DNA of 64,000 bases from an uncultured Alphaproteobacteria bacterium (GTDB lineage Bacteria > Pseudomonadota > Alphaproteobacteria > HIMB59 > GCA-002718135), in NCBI GenBank assembly GCA_902586695.1, contig CACIIL010000003.1:1639-65638 (forward strand), given 5' to 3'. Position numbers and translations under genes: made by a program. This document shows positions 8,845-17,852 of the stretch, in pieces. Each line of letters opens with the position of its first letter. Position 1 is the stretch's first letter. The notes under the pieces were generated by a model. That model ran no database searches. It saw only the letters and a list, made by a program, of their open reading frames with translations, and was not told where the DNA came from.

Positions 8845-9735
8845 TTAAAAATGTTTTTTTAAATTTAATTTATCTCTTGCTTCTTTAGGATTAAGTATTT
8901 TAGCACCTAAATCATTTATTATTCTTGAAGATTTCTCAACTAATTGAGCATTAGAAGCTAGGACACCTCTTTCTAAATATAAATTATCCTCTAGACCAAC
9001 TCTTACATTGCCTCCCAGAATAACTGATTGGGCAACCATTGGCATTTGATGTCTTCCTATTCCAAAACCAGCCCAATTAGCTTCTTTAGGGATCATATCT
9101 GCCATTACTTTCATTGAAGATGTGTTTGCCGGTGCCCCCCAAGGAATTCCCAAACAAATTTGATATAATGGAGGTGAGTCAATTAAACCTTCTTTATATA
9201 ATTGATTTGCAAACCATAAATGACCCATTTCAAAAGCTTCCATTTCTGGTTTAATTCCTAAATCTTGCATTTTTTTTGCAGCTGCTCTTAATTGAACAGG
9301 AGTATGAATAAATGTCATATTTGAGTCTCCAAAATTTAATGAACCACAATCTAATGTACAAATTTCTGGCAATAATTCCTCAATATGTTCTAATCTATCC
9401 AAAGCATGTATCATGTCTGTATTTGGTCCTAAAGGATTTAAAGGATTTTTACCTTCTCCAACTTCAAAATCTCCACCCATTCCTGTGGTAAAATTAATTA
9501 TTACATCTGTATCTGAAGATCGAATTCTGTCCGCAACCTCTTTATAGTATTCAAGTTTTCTACTTGGTTTTCCATCTGTTTCTCTTACATGTATGTGCGC
9601 GACAGCAGCTCCAGCCTTTGCAGCATCAATAGAAGCTTCAGCTATTTCTTTGGGAGTAATAGGTAGGTCTGGATGCTTGCTAACAGTATCACCAGAGCCA
9701 GTTACAGCACAACTTATAACAACTTCATTATTCAT
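8845..9735 (-). CDS. Beta-keto acid cleavage enzyme (BKACE/DUF849), probable 3-dehydrocarnitine cleavage enzyme
   Basis: 296 aa TIM-barrel-type BKACE pattern ([12 protein letters not shown] ... VAHIHVR ... [12 protein letters not shown]). The gene is immediately upstream of lcdH, the context described for dehydrocarnitine cleavage. Confidence 0.8.
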   Translation of the reverse strand: MNNEVVISCAVTGSGDTVSKHPDLPITPKEIAEASIDAAKAGAAVAHIHVRETDGKPSRKLEYYKEVADRIRSSDTDVIINFTTGMGGDFEVGEGKNPLNPLGPNTDMIHALDRLEHIEELLPEICTLDCGSLNFGDSNMTFIHTPVQLRAAAKKMQDLGIKPEMEAFEMGHLWFANQLYKEGLIDSPPLYQICLGIPWGAPANTSSMKVMADMIPKEANWAGFGIGRHQMPMVAQSVILGGNVRVGLEDNLYLERGVLASNAQLVEKSSRIINDLGAKILNPKEARDKLNLKKHF

Positions 9736-9778
9736 TTTTCTAAAAAAATGATGTATCTCACTTACAGGAAATTAACAA

Positions 9779-10246
9779 GTGTCTATATATTTAAAAACAG
9801 GAAAAGTTTTACCAGAGTGGACTGACTATAACGGTCATATGAATTTAGCTTTTTATATTCACCTTTTTGACTCTTCTTGGGAGGTATTGCTAGAGAAGTT
9901 TAACATAGGCGAAAATTCAGCAAAAAACGAAAAAAGAACTACATTTGCAGTAGAGTCTCATACTACATACGACATGGAGGTCAAAGTAGATGATGAAGTA
10001 GAAATGAACCTTCTTTTTCTAGATTTTGATAAAAAAAGATTAGTTTACAAATTAGAAATGATACATAAAAAAGAAAAATATTTAGCCTCAACTTCTGAGG
10101 TTTGTTCTTTATATGTCGATTTAAATTCAAGAAGGGTGACTGAATTTGAAGATAGCAAAAAAAAATTAATTCAAAACTTTATTGATACAAATAAAGATCA
10201 ATTCAATTCGGATAATTTGCATCTTATTAATAAATTAAAAAAATAA
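9779..10246 (+). CDS. Hotdog-fold (4HBT-like) acyl-CoA thioesterase, probable betainyl-CoA thioesterase
   Basis: 155 aa with a GTG start. The N-terminal WTDYNGHMNLAFY pattern is typical of hotdog thioesterases. It is divergent from the BKACE/lcdH operon. Confidence 0.65.
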   Translation: MSIYLKTGKVLPEWTDYNGHMNLAFYIHLFDSSWEVLLEKFNIGENSAKNEKRTTFAVESHTTYDMEVKVDDEVEMNLLFLDFDKKRLVYKLEMIHKKEKYLASTSEVCSLYVDLNSRRVTEFEDSKKKLIQNFIDTNKDQFNSDNLHLINKLKK

Positions 10247-10816
10247 TTACAGACCAAGATAAACATGTTTATGTGGCTCTCTGTTAAATATTCTGTGTAC
10301 CATAGGAATAAATTCTTTTAATTTAATAGTATCATAATTTGGATCAAATGAATTTTGATCATAGGTTTCACAAAAATTTACAGTATCTTTAAAAAAAGGA
10401 TGATCAATAAACTTGTCTCTTAAGTTTCTATCTTGTCCATAGTGATGGTTATAATAATATGATTGAAACAAGCCATGTTTTTGTACAATCCAATGAGTTT
10501 TTTCGGAAACAAAAGGTCTTAAAACAGCAGCAGAAATTTCAGAATGATTCAAGGGTGCTATTTCATCACCAATATCATGAAGAAGTGAAGCAACAATCAT
10601 TTCTTCATCTGCATTATCTCTTAAAGCTCTTGAGGCTGCCTGTAATGAGTGCTCTAGTCTAGATACTTGATATCCACCCAAAGAAGAATCAAGACTTTTC
10701 AAAATTCTTATCACTCTATCTGCAGTTCCTTCAATATACTTATCTTCAAATTTGGCGAGAAGATCATAATCTTCTTTATCACCATCCTTCATTTCAATAA
10801 ATTTTACTTTATCCAT
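10247..10816 (-). CDS. HD-domain protein resembling PhnZ/TmpB/MIOX mixed-valent di-iron oxygenases
   Basis: 189 aa. Candidate ligands are H56 (RLEHSLQAA), H80-D81 (LLHDIGD), H91 (NHSEISAAVLR), H114 (QKHGLF) and D153 (TYDQ). They line up with the six metal ligands of PhnZ as I recall that sequence. Confidence 0.6.
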   Translation of the reverse strand: MDKVKFIEMKDGDKEDYDLLAKFEDKYIEGTADRVIRILKSLDSSLGGYQVSRLEHSLQAASRALRDNADEEMIVASLLHDIGDEIAPLNHSEISAAVLRPFVSEKTHWIVQKHGLFQSYYYNHHYGQDRNLRDKFIDHPFFKDTVNFCETYDQNSFDPNYDTIKLKEFIPMVHRIFNREPHKHVYLGL

Positions 10817-10817
10817 A

Positions 10818-11264
10818 CTAAATCTCTAAATAATAATTATAATATTCTCTGTCTCTTTTGTAATCAAGTGATTCATACAGCGCTTGAGCTTTTTTATTAT
10901 TAATAGCAGTTGATAATTCTATTAATTTAATCTTTTTTTTACGACCAAATTTTTTAGCAATATCCATTAAAGATTTGCCTATTCCATTTTGTCTAAATTC
11001 TTTTTTTACATATAAATCATACAAAACTAATTTTTTGTTAATATTTAAAGAATCAAATGTTTCATAAAGTTGTACAAAACCCACGGGTTCTTTATCGCAA
11101 AAACACAAAAAAATAGTAGATTCTTTTTTAGAAATTCTTTCCTTAATATATTGAGTTGATTTTTTAATTTCAGTTTTATATTTGTAAAACTGTCTATATA
11201 AATCAAATAGAAAACCAACTTCTTTATAATTTTCTTTTTTTGCTTTAATAATTTTTATTTTCAT
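10818..11264 (-). CDS. GNAT-family N-acetyltransferase
   Basis: 148 aa with the acetyl-CoA-binding segment (RQNGIGKSLMDIAKKFG). It overlaps the upstream MFS gene by 4 nt. Confidence 0.75.
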   Translation of the reverse strand: MKIKIIKAKKENYKEVGFLFDLYRQFYKYKTEIKKSTQYIKERISKKESTIFLCFCDKEPVGFVQLYETFDSLNINKKLVLYDLYVKKEFRQNGIGKSLMDIAKKFGRKKKIKLIELSTAINNKKAQALYESLDYKRDREYYNYYLEI

Positions 11265-12430
11265 TTTTTAAAAGATCTAATAAAACCAATTATAATACTA
11301 AAACTAGTAAAAATTAATAGACTATAAATAAACCCCTCATTTCCAGTTTGATCCATAACTAAACCTACCGATATTGGTCCAATAAACTCACCTAATTCAT
11401 ATATTATTATAAATACAGAGGTAACAATTGCAATTTGCTTAATATCATATCTTTCACCTAAATATGCTAATGAAACAGTATATAGACTAATGCTGGAACA
11501 TCCCCATATTATTACTGAAAAATAAACTGCAATATTTAAGTTTATTATTTTTAAAAGCAATATTGGCCATATAATATTTCCAAATAGAAGAATAAAAATA
11601 AATTTTCTTTTATCTACTTTATCAGACAAGGCTCCAACTAAAGGTTGCGTTATAACGCCAACAAAAGCTCCTAAGAAAAAATACAAACCAATTTGTTTAT
11701 CTGAAAAAAATTCATTTATCATAAAAGCTGGAAAAAGAGCTCCGAATGAAGAGTCATTTACGCCTGCCACAAATATAGCTATAAAAATGAAAGGAGCAAA
11801 TAAAACAAAAGAAAAATTTATTTTATTATTTTGACTAGGTATCTTTACTTCATGAATATGTTTTTTAATAAAAATGATAGTTAAAATTCTCAAAGACATT
11901 AGGATTAAGCAAATTATTACAGGTAAATTTCCTGAGCTTCCATAAAATGCAACAATTAATGGACCAACTCCAAACCCTATAGAAATAGAAGAATTATATA
12001 AACCTATAGCTTTCCCTCTATTTTTATCACTAGAAACTATGTTAGCCCAAGCATCCATTGTCATCCAATTCATCCCTCCCATAAGACCCATAACAAAATG
12101 ACAAATTGCTAGATTAATTGGATTAAAATAAGCAAACATAGAAATTATACATACAGTTTGTAAAGATACTGAAAATATAAGTGTCAAAAATAAACCAATT
12201 TTATTAAGTACTTTTGTGACTATAAAACCTGCTGACATTAATCCAAAAGAAAAACAAGAAGCTACAATTCCAATTGTAAATTCTGAATAACCTGCGTATT
12301 TTTGTAAAATTACTATAATTGTAAAAAAATATCCTAAAACAACGCCAGTAAAAAAAGCAACAATTGATAAATATTTAATACTAGAATTTACAGTGCTAAA
12401 ATCTGCATAATTTTTAATTGCAGAAAACAT
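11261..12430 (-). CDS. MFS transporter
   Basis: 389 aa, about 12 hydrophobic segments and an MFS loop motif (DKVDKRK). Confidence 0.75.
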   Translation of the reverse strand: MFSAIKNYADFSTVNSSIKYLSIVAFFTGVVLGYFFTIIVILQKYAGYSEFTIGIVASCFSFGLMSAGFIVTKVLNKIGLFLTLIFSVSLQTVCIISMFAYFNPINLAICHFVMGLMGGMNWMTMDAWANIVSSDKNRGKAIGLYNSSISIGFGVGPLIVAFYGSSGNLPVIICLILMSLRILTIIFIKKHIHEVKIPSQNNKINFSFVLFAPFIFIAIFVAGVNDSSFGALFPAFMINEFFSDKQIGLYFFLGAFVGVITQPLVGALSDKVDKRKFIFILLFGNIIWPILLLKIINLNIAVYFSVIIWGCSSISLYTVSLAYLGERYDIKQIAIVTSVFIIIYELGEFIGPISVGLVMDQTGNEGFIYSLLIFTSFSIIIGFIRSFKK

Positions 12431-12439
12431 TACGTAAAT

Positions 12440-13816
12440 TTAATCTTTCCATAAACCTTCTGTTTTAAGTTGTTGAAGAGAATTTTGAATAGCAGTAAAT
12501 AATTTTTCAACAAGATCATCAATTTGTGATTTTGTAATTATTAAAGCAGGAGATAAAACACAAATATGATAGAGCGGTCTAATAATTAAGCCTAATTTAA
12601 TTGATTCCTCATCAATTCTTGATCCTATAGCTTTATCTAAAATAAGTGCTTCCTTACTATCTTTATTTATTACACATTCTATGCCTGCCATTAATCCTTT
12701 ACCTCTTACATCTCCAACAATTGGTAATTCATACAATTTTTGTAATTTATTATGAAAGTAGGGTTCAATTTCTTGAACATGTTCAAGAATTTTATCTCGT
12801 TTGATTATTTCTATGTTTTTTAGTGCTGCAGCACAACATGCTGGATGCCCTGAATAAGTATAGCCGTGAAAAAAAAGTGCTGATTCTTTTTTAATATCAT
12901 TTAGTAATTTGTCAGAAAATAGGACAGCTCCAAGAGGCATATATCCTGAAGTAATTCCTTTAGCACAAGTTATGATATCTGGAACTATGTCAAAAACTTC
13001 TTCAGAAGAAAAAAAATGACCCATTCTTCCAAATCCTGTTACTACTTCATCTGATATATATAAAACATCATATTTTTTGCATATTTGCCATATTCTTTTT
13101 AAGTATCCTTCAGGAGGGACAATACAACCACCTGAAGCCATGACTGGTTCAGCAATAAAAGCTGCAACATTTTCTGATCCTAATTCTATTATTTTATCTT
13201 CAAATTCTTTTACAAGTTCATCACAAAATTCTTCAATTGTTTGGTTATTTTTTCTTCTATAAGAAAGAGGTGAGCTCAAATGATGAATGAAATTTTTTTC
13301 AAAATCAAAATTATTTTTTTCCCTATCTTTACCTGTTATCGATCCTGTAAGGTAAGTGCTTCCATGATAAGCTTTATGCCTAGTGATAAAATGTTTTTTA
13401 TTAGGTCTATCTAATATGTTATTATAAAACATAATAAATCGTAGAGCAGTATCATTGGCTGTAGAGCCATCAGTAGTAAAAAAAACTGTATTAAGATCGC
13501 CAGGAGACAATTCAGATAGAACAGAAGCTAATTCAGCAGAAATTTCACTAGATTCTGAAAAAGGGCTGCAATATTCCAATTTTTCAAGTTGATTTTTAAC
13601 AGCCTCACCTATCTCTTTATTTCCGTGCCCTATGTTATTGCACCACATTCCTCCAGGTCCATCAATGTATTCTTTTCCATTCTCATCATAAAGATATATA
13701 TTATCTGATTTTACAATAAGCTTGCGGTCATATGTTCCTCTACTTTCCATATCTTCATAAGGATGGAGAACAAGTTTATCTTTCTTATGGATTTCACTAA
13801 CATAATCATTTTTCAT
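12440..13816 (-). CDS. Class-III (omega) aminotransferase, PLP-dependent
   Basis: 458 aa with HGYTYSGHP, DEVVTGFGRMG and the PLP-lysine context ITCAKGITSGYMPLGA. Confidence 0.85.
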   Translation of the reverse strand: MKNDYVSEIHKKDKLVLHPYEDMESRGTYDRKLIVKSDNIYLYDENGKEYIDGPGGMWCNNIGHGNKEIGEAVKNQLEKLEYCSPFSESSEISAELASVLSELSPGDLNTVFFTTDGSTANDTALRFIMFYNNILDRPNKKHFITRHKAYHGSTYLTGSITGKDREKNNFDFEKNFIHHLSSPLSYRRKNNQTIEEFCDELVKEFEDKIIELGSENVAAFIAEPVMASGGCIVPPEGYLKRIWQICKKYDVLYISDEVVTGFGRMGHFFSSEEVFDIVPDIITCAKGITSGYMPLGAVLFSDKLLNDIKKESALFFHGYTYSGHPACCAAALKNIEIIKRDKILEHVQEIEPYFHNKLQKLYELPIVGDVRGKGLMAGIECVINKDSKEALILDKAIGSRIDEESIKLGLIIRPLYHICVLSPALIITKSQIDDLVEKLFTAIQNSLQQLKTEGLWKD

Positions 13817-13836
13817 GATTTAACTGTATCATTCAC

Positions 13837-13850
13837 TGAATGAGCATTCA
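13837..13850. promoter_or_regulatory. Palindromic operator candidate TGAATGAGCATTCA (site 1)
   Basis: Perfect 14-bp palindrome, flanked by further ATTCA/TGAAT half-sites (attcacTGAATgagcATTCAatgaaa). It lies exactly 20 nt upstream of the aminotransferase ATG at 13816. Confidence 0.6.
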
Positions 13851-13869
13851 ATGAAATAATTTTTATATT

Positions 13870-14646
13870 CTATTTATCTTTCCAATTCGGATCTGTTTTT
13901 TTAACAAAAGAAGAAGCTCCTTCTTTTAGATCTTCACTTCCATAAACTTTTTTTACCGATTCTAATGATCGCAAAATTTTAAATGATGGTATTTCCTTTT
14001 CGTTTTCTGTTTCTCTTAAAACTTCTTTAATTGAAGAATAAATTAAATTAGGTCCTTTTGAAATTTTATCAGCTATTTCCCAGGCTCTTTTTAATAAATC
14101 ATTTGTTTTAACAATTTCATTTACTAAACCCCAGTGTTTTGCTTCTTTGACATCCATCCATCTTCCAGTCATTAAAAACTCAACAGCTATGTGATAGGGT
14201 ATGCGTCTTCTTAATTTTATTGTAGCTGCGTCAGCTACAACTCCTACATTGATTTCAGGTAACGCAAATGTTGCGTGTTCTGCTGCAATTATAATATCTG
14301 CTGAAATCATAATTTCAAAACCACCACCGCACGCAATACCATTAACAGCTGCTATAATAGGTTTGTTCATATTAGGTAACTCTTGCAGTCCTCCAAATCC
14401 ACCAACACCATAATCTGCATCAGCAGCTTCTCCTTCATTAACAGCCTTTAGATCCCATCCGGCAGAAAAAAATTTTTCTCCGCCACCTGTAACGATAGCT
14501 ACTTTAAGTTTTGGATTATCTCTAAAGTCAGCAAATATGTCTCCCAACATTATACTTGTCTTAGCATCTATCGCATTAGCTTTTGGTCGATCGATAGTTA
14601 TCTCTAATATTGATCCTTCAATTCTTGTTTTAACTGGTTTGTCCAT
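13870..14646 (-). CDS. caiD: Crotonobetainyl/carnitinyl-CoA hydratase-like enoyl-CoA hydratase
   Basis: Near-colinear with E. coli CaiD as I recall it: GSILEITIDRPKANAIDAKTS, GEKFFSAGWDLKA, IAAVNGIACGGGFE, DPNWKDK C-terminus. Confidence 0.75.
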   Translation of the reverse strand: MDKPVKTRIEGSILEITIDRPKANAIDAKTSIMLGDIFADFRDNPKLKVAIVTGGGEKFFSAGWDLKAVNEGEAADADYGVGGFGGLQELPNMNKPIIAAVNGIACGGGFEIMISADIIIAAEHATFALPEINVGVVADAATIKLRRRIPYHIAVEFLMTGRWMDVKEAKHWGLVNEIVKTNDLLKRAWEIADKISKGPNLIYSSIKEVLRETENEKEIPSFKILRSLESVKKVYGSEDLKEGASSFVKKTDPNWKDK

Positions 14647-14654
14647 AAATTAAA

Positions 14655-16691
14655 CTATATTAAATAATGTATTAAAGCATCTACAGCAAATACACCTTTA
14701 CCTTTTTTACAAACTATTAGTGGATTTATATCAACTTCTGAAATTTTATCTGAATTTTTTTCAGCAAAAACAGCTACTTTTAATATTGTATTTATTAATG
14801 CATCAATATCAGCACTATCACTTCCTCTAAAACCAAATAATATTTTGCTAAATTTAAGTTTTTTTATTTCATCCAAAATTATTTTTTTATTTAAAGGTAA
14901 AAGTAGGGTAGTCGTATCTTTAAATAATTCGGTATAAATACCACCAGCACCTAATATTATTGTAGGTCCAAATTGGTTATCATTTTTTATGCCTATTATC
15001 ATTTCAAAAATCGAATTTGATATCATTTTTTCAATTAAAATATTACCTCTAAATTTATTTGTCTTTTGCTTTAATTCTTTTTCATTATTAATGTTAGTAA
15101 TAACACCTCCAATTTCAGTTTTATGAAAAACTGTAGTTGAATGTATTTTTGCAACTAAAGGAAATCCTATTTTTTTACAATCTCGCAAAATATTTTTTTT
15201 ATTTGTAATTAAAGATTTTGGTGTAGATATTTTAAATTTTTTTAGGATTAATTTTGATTCATATTCTGTATATGTTTTAATTTTATTTTTATAATTTTGT
15301 AAATTTTTTGAAATTTTAATTTCACTAAAATTACTCCAAGCTTTTGAAATTTTTATTGAATTACTTATGGCTAGTAAACTCTCTGACATACCCTGAAGTG
15401 GGACAACTCCTGACCTGAGACATTTTTCTCTTAGATGTTTAGGAAGGGTATCTGAAAGTGAAGAAATAATCGCTCCATTTTTTTTTATTTTTGATGATTT
15501 TATAAATTGATCTACTATAGCATCCCATTCTGCAGTGTCACAATCTTCTATATTTGGAAAATCTAACATCAGTGCATTTAAACCAAAATTAGTTTTAAAT
15601 ATTAATTTAAATGTTTTTGCTAATTGCTTAGGGTCATTCCAGTTGTATGTTTGTAGATCAAATGGATTTGAAATTATAACACTTGGGTGATTAACTTTTT
15701 TTAATTCATTTTTTATTTTTGTAGGTATTTTACCAAAATTTAACGACAAATTTTCTGCTACGTCTCCTATCATAGCCATATCACCACCTGATGGGCCCAT
15801 AATTGAAATTTTATCGTTATTTAAAACACCATGAGTGTGAAATAATTTTAAAATTTCACATAATTCTCCTAATGTATTACATCTAGCTACACCCATTCTT
15901 TGAAATAAAGAATCATATATATCTTCTTTCCCACTTAATGATCCAGTATGTGTTAATATTGTTTGAGACGCAGTTTTAGATCTGCCTACTTTAACTAATG
16001 CTATAGGAATTTTTTTTAATCTGGATTTTTTAAATACTTTTATTAACTTTTCTGTATTGGTAAAACTTTCAGCATAAATTCCAATAGCAGTAACTCTCTT
16101 ATCATCTAAAGCAAAATTAATGGCATCTTCTATAGTTATTTGTGATTGATTGCCGAGAGAAATTATATACCCAATTGGTAAAGATCTATTATTAAAACTA
16201 ATCGTATTACCAATAGTTCCGCTTTGACATATAATAGCAACACCTTTTTTAGTGGGTTTGCCTGCTACTTGATCAGACCATACTGAAATTCTATCCAAGT
16301 AATTTATAAATCCATAACAGTTTGGTCCAAGGAATGGCATTTCGCCAGCATTCCTAATTAGCTCATTAGTTTTATTAGTACCTTCTTTAGAATTAAGTTC
16401 AGAAAATCTCGAAGCTAAACAAACAGTTCCTCCAACACCTATGTCAGCAATATCTTTTATTAATTTTACTGTTTGATCTCTTGAGACAGCTAGATAAACG
16501 CAATCAGGTACTTCTGGAAGATCTTTAATATTTTTATAATATTTTTTTGCTTTGGAACTTTTACGTGAAGGATTAATATGCCAAACTTTACCTTGATAGC
16601 CAATAGTTTTATTGCCATCATAAACAAAGTCTGCCCAATACCCTCCAACTAAAGCAAGGCTTTTTGGTCTAAAAAGTTTTTTTAAATTCAA
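14655..16691 (-). CDS. ADP-forming (NDP-forming) acyl-CoA synthetase, fused CoA-binding/ligase and ATP-grasp domains
   Basis: 678 aa. The N-terminal CoA-binding fold (FRPKSLALVGG) and succinyl-CoA-synthetase-like flavodoxin domains are followed by a C-terminal ATP-grasp (FPLVAKIHSTTVFHKTEIGGV). Confidence 0.75.
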   Translation of the reverse strand: MNLKKLFRPKSLALVGGYWADFVYDGNKTIGYQGKVWHINPSRKSSKAKKYYKNIKDLPEVPDCVYLAVSRDQTVKLIKDIADIGVGGTVCLASRFSELNSKEGTNKTNELIRNAGEMPFLGPNCYGFINYLDRISVWSDQVAGKPTKKGVAIICQSGTIGNTISFNNRSLPIGYIISLGNQSQITIEDAINFALDDKRVTAIGIYAESFTNTEKLIKVFKKSRLKKIPIALVKVGRSKTASQTILTHTGSLSGKEDIYDSLFQRMGVARCNTLGELCEILKLFHTHGVLNNDKISIMGPSGGDMAMIGDVAENLSLNFGKIPTKIKNELKKVNHPSVIISNPFDLQTYNWNDPKQLAKTFKLIFKTNFGLNALMLDFPNIEDCDTAEWDAIVDQFIKSSKIKKNGAIISSLSDTLPKHLREKCLRSGVVPLQGMSESLLAISNSIKISKAWSNFSEIKISKNLQNYKNKIKTYTEYESKLILKKFKISTPKSLITNKKNILRDCKKIGFPLVAKIHSTTVFHKTEIGGVITNINNEKELKQKTNKFRGNILIEKMISNSIFEMIIGIKNDNQFGPTIILGAGGIYTELFKDTTTLLLPLNKKIILDEIKKLKFSKILFGFRGSDSADIDALINTILKVAVFAEKNSDKISEVDINPLIVCKKGKGVFAVDALIHYLI

Positions 16692-16694
16692 AGA

Positions 16695-17846
16695 TTATGC
16701 TCCAAGGGGTCTTAGAAGTGAACGTGAAATAATATGACGTTGAATTTCACTGGTTCCTTCCCAAATTCTTTCTATTCTTGCATCTCGCCATATTCTTTCA
16801 AGTGGAATATCTGACATCAATCCCATTCCACCAAGGATTTGAATAGCTTCATCTGAGATTCTGCTTAACATTTCAGTACAAAATAATTTTGTCATAGCCG
16901 CATCTTGAGATGTTAATGTTTTTTGATCAATTTTCCAAGCAGACTCCATTAATATCAAGTTTGCTAGTTTAATTTCTGTAGCCATATCAGCTAATTTAAA
17001 TGAAACACCCTGAAATTTTCCAATTACTTTTCCAAATTGTTTTCTATTTGCAGACCAATCCAAGGCTATATCAAAAGCTCTTTCGGCTCTAGATACAGAA
17101 GTTGCCGCAACAGTTAAACGAGTTGCTTCTAACCAAACATTCATTAGCTCAAAGCCTTTATCTTTTTCACCAAGAATATTTCTTGCAGGAATTCTGCAAT
17201 CATTAAAGTTTAAAATATTATTAACGTATCCTCTGTGAGAAACACAGTCATAACCTTTTGCAACCTCAACTCCTTTTTGTTTTAAATCAACTAAGAAACA
17301 CGAAAGTAAATTTCTACCTTTTTCATCTTCACCTGTTGAGGCAAAAAGTACTACAAAGTCAGATATGTGTGCATTAGATATAAAATGTTTTGTTCCATTA
17401 ATCACCCAATCATTACCATCCTTAACTGCTTTTGTTTTCATCCCCCGTAAATCTGAACCAGCTCCTGGTTCTGTCATTGCTATGCAATCTTTTCTCTCAC
17501 CTGTGATAGCTGGTTTTAAGTATTCATCGATTAATTCACCTTCACAGGCCATTAAGATATTTTGTGGTCGCCAAGCAACTTCCGCTAAAGCAAGTGATGC
17601 AAAACCGAGATGTTTTTCAACTAAAGTTAAATCAAAAGCATTTAAACCACCACCACCATGTTCAGTGGGCATATTGCAAGCATACAAACCTGCTTTAATA
17701 CTTTTTTGCTTAATTTCATCATACAATTCTTTTGGTAAATTATTTGTTTTTTCTAATAATTCTTCGTGTTGAAGCAATTCTGCTTTTACAAATGACTTAG
17801 TAGTATCAATTAAAAGATTCTGTTCTTCTGAAAGATTAAATTCCAT
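16695..17846 (-). CDS. Acyl-CoA dehydrogenase
   Basis: 383 aa with TEPGAGSD, QFGK.IG.FQ and the C-terminal IWEGTSEIQRHIISR. Confidence 0.85.
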   Translation of the reverse strand: MEFNLSEEQNLLIDTTKSFVKAELLQHEELLEKTNNLPKELYDEIKQKSIKAGLYACNMPTEHGGGGLNAFDLTLVEKHLGFASLALAEVAWRPQNILMACEGELIDEYLKPAITGERKDCIAMTEPGAGSDLRGMKTKAVKDGNDWVINGTKHFISNAHISDFVVLFASTGEDEKGRNLLSCFLVDLKQKGVEVAKGYDCVSHRGYVNNILNFNDCRIPARNILGEKDKGFELMNVWLEATRLTVAATSVSRAERAFDIALDWSANRKQFGKVIGKFQGVSFKLADMATEIKLANLILMESAWKIDQKTLTSQDAAMTKLFCTEMLSRISDEAIQILGGMGLMSDIPLERIWRDARIERIWEGTSEIQRHIISRSLLRPLGA

Positions 17847-17852
17847 TATTCT

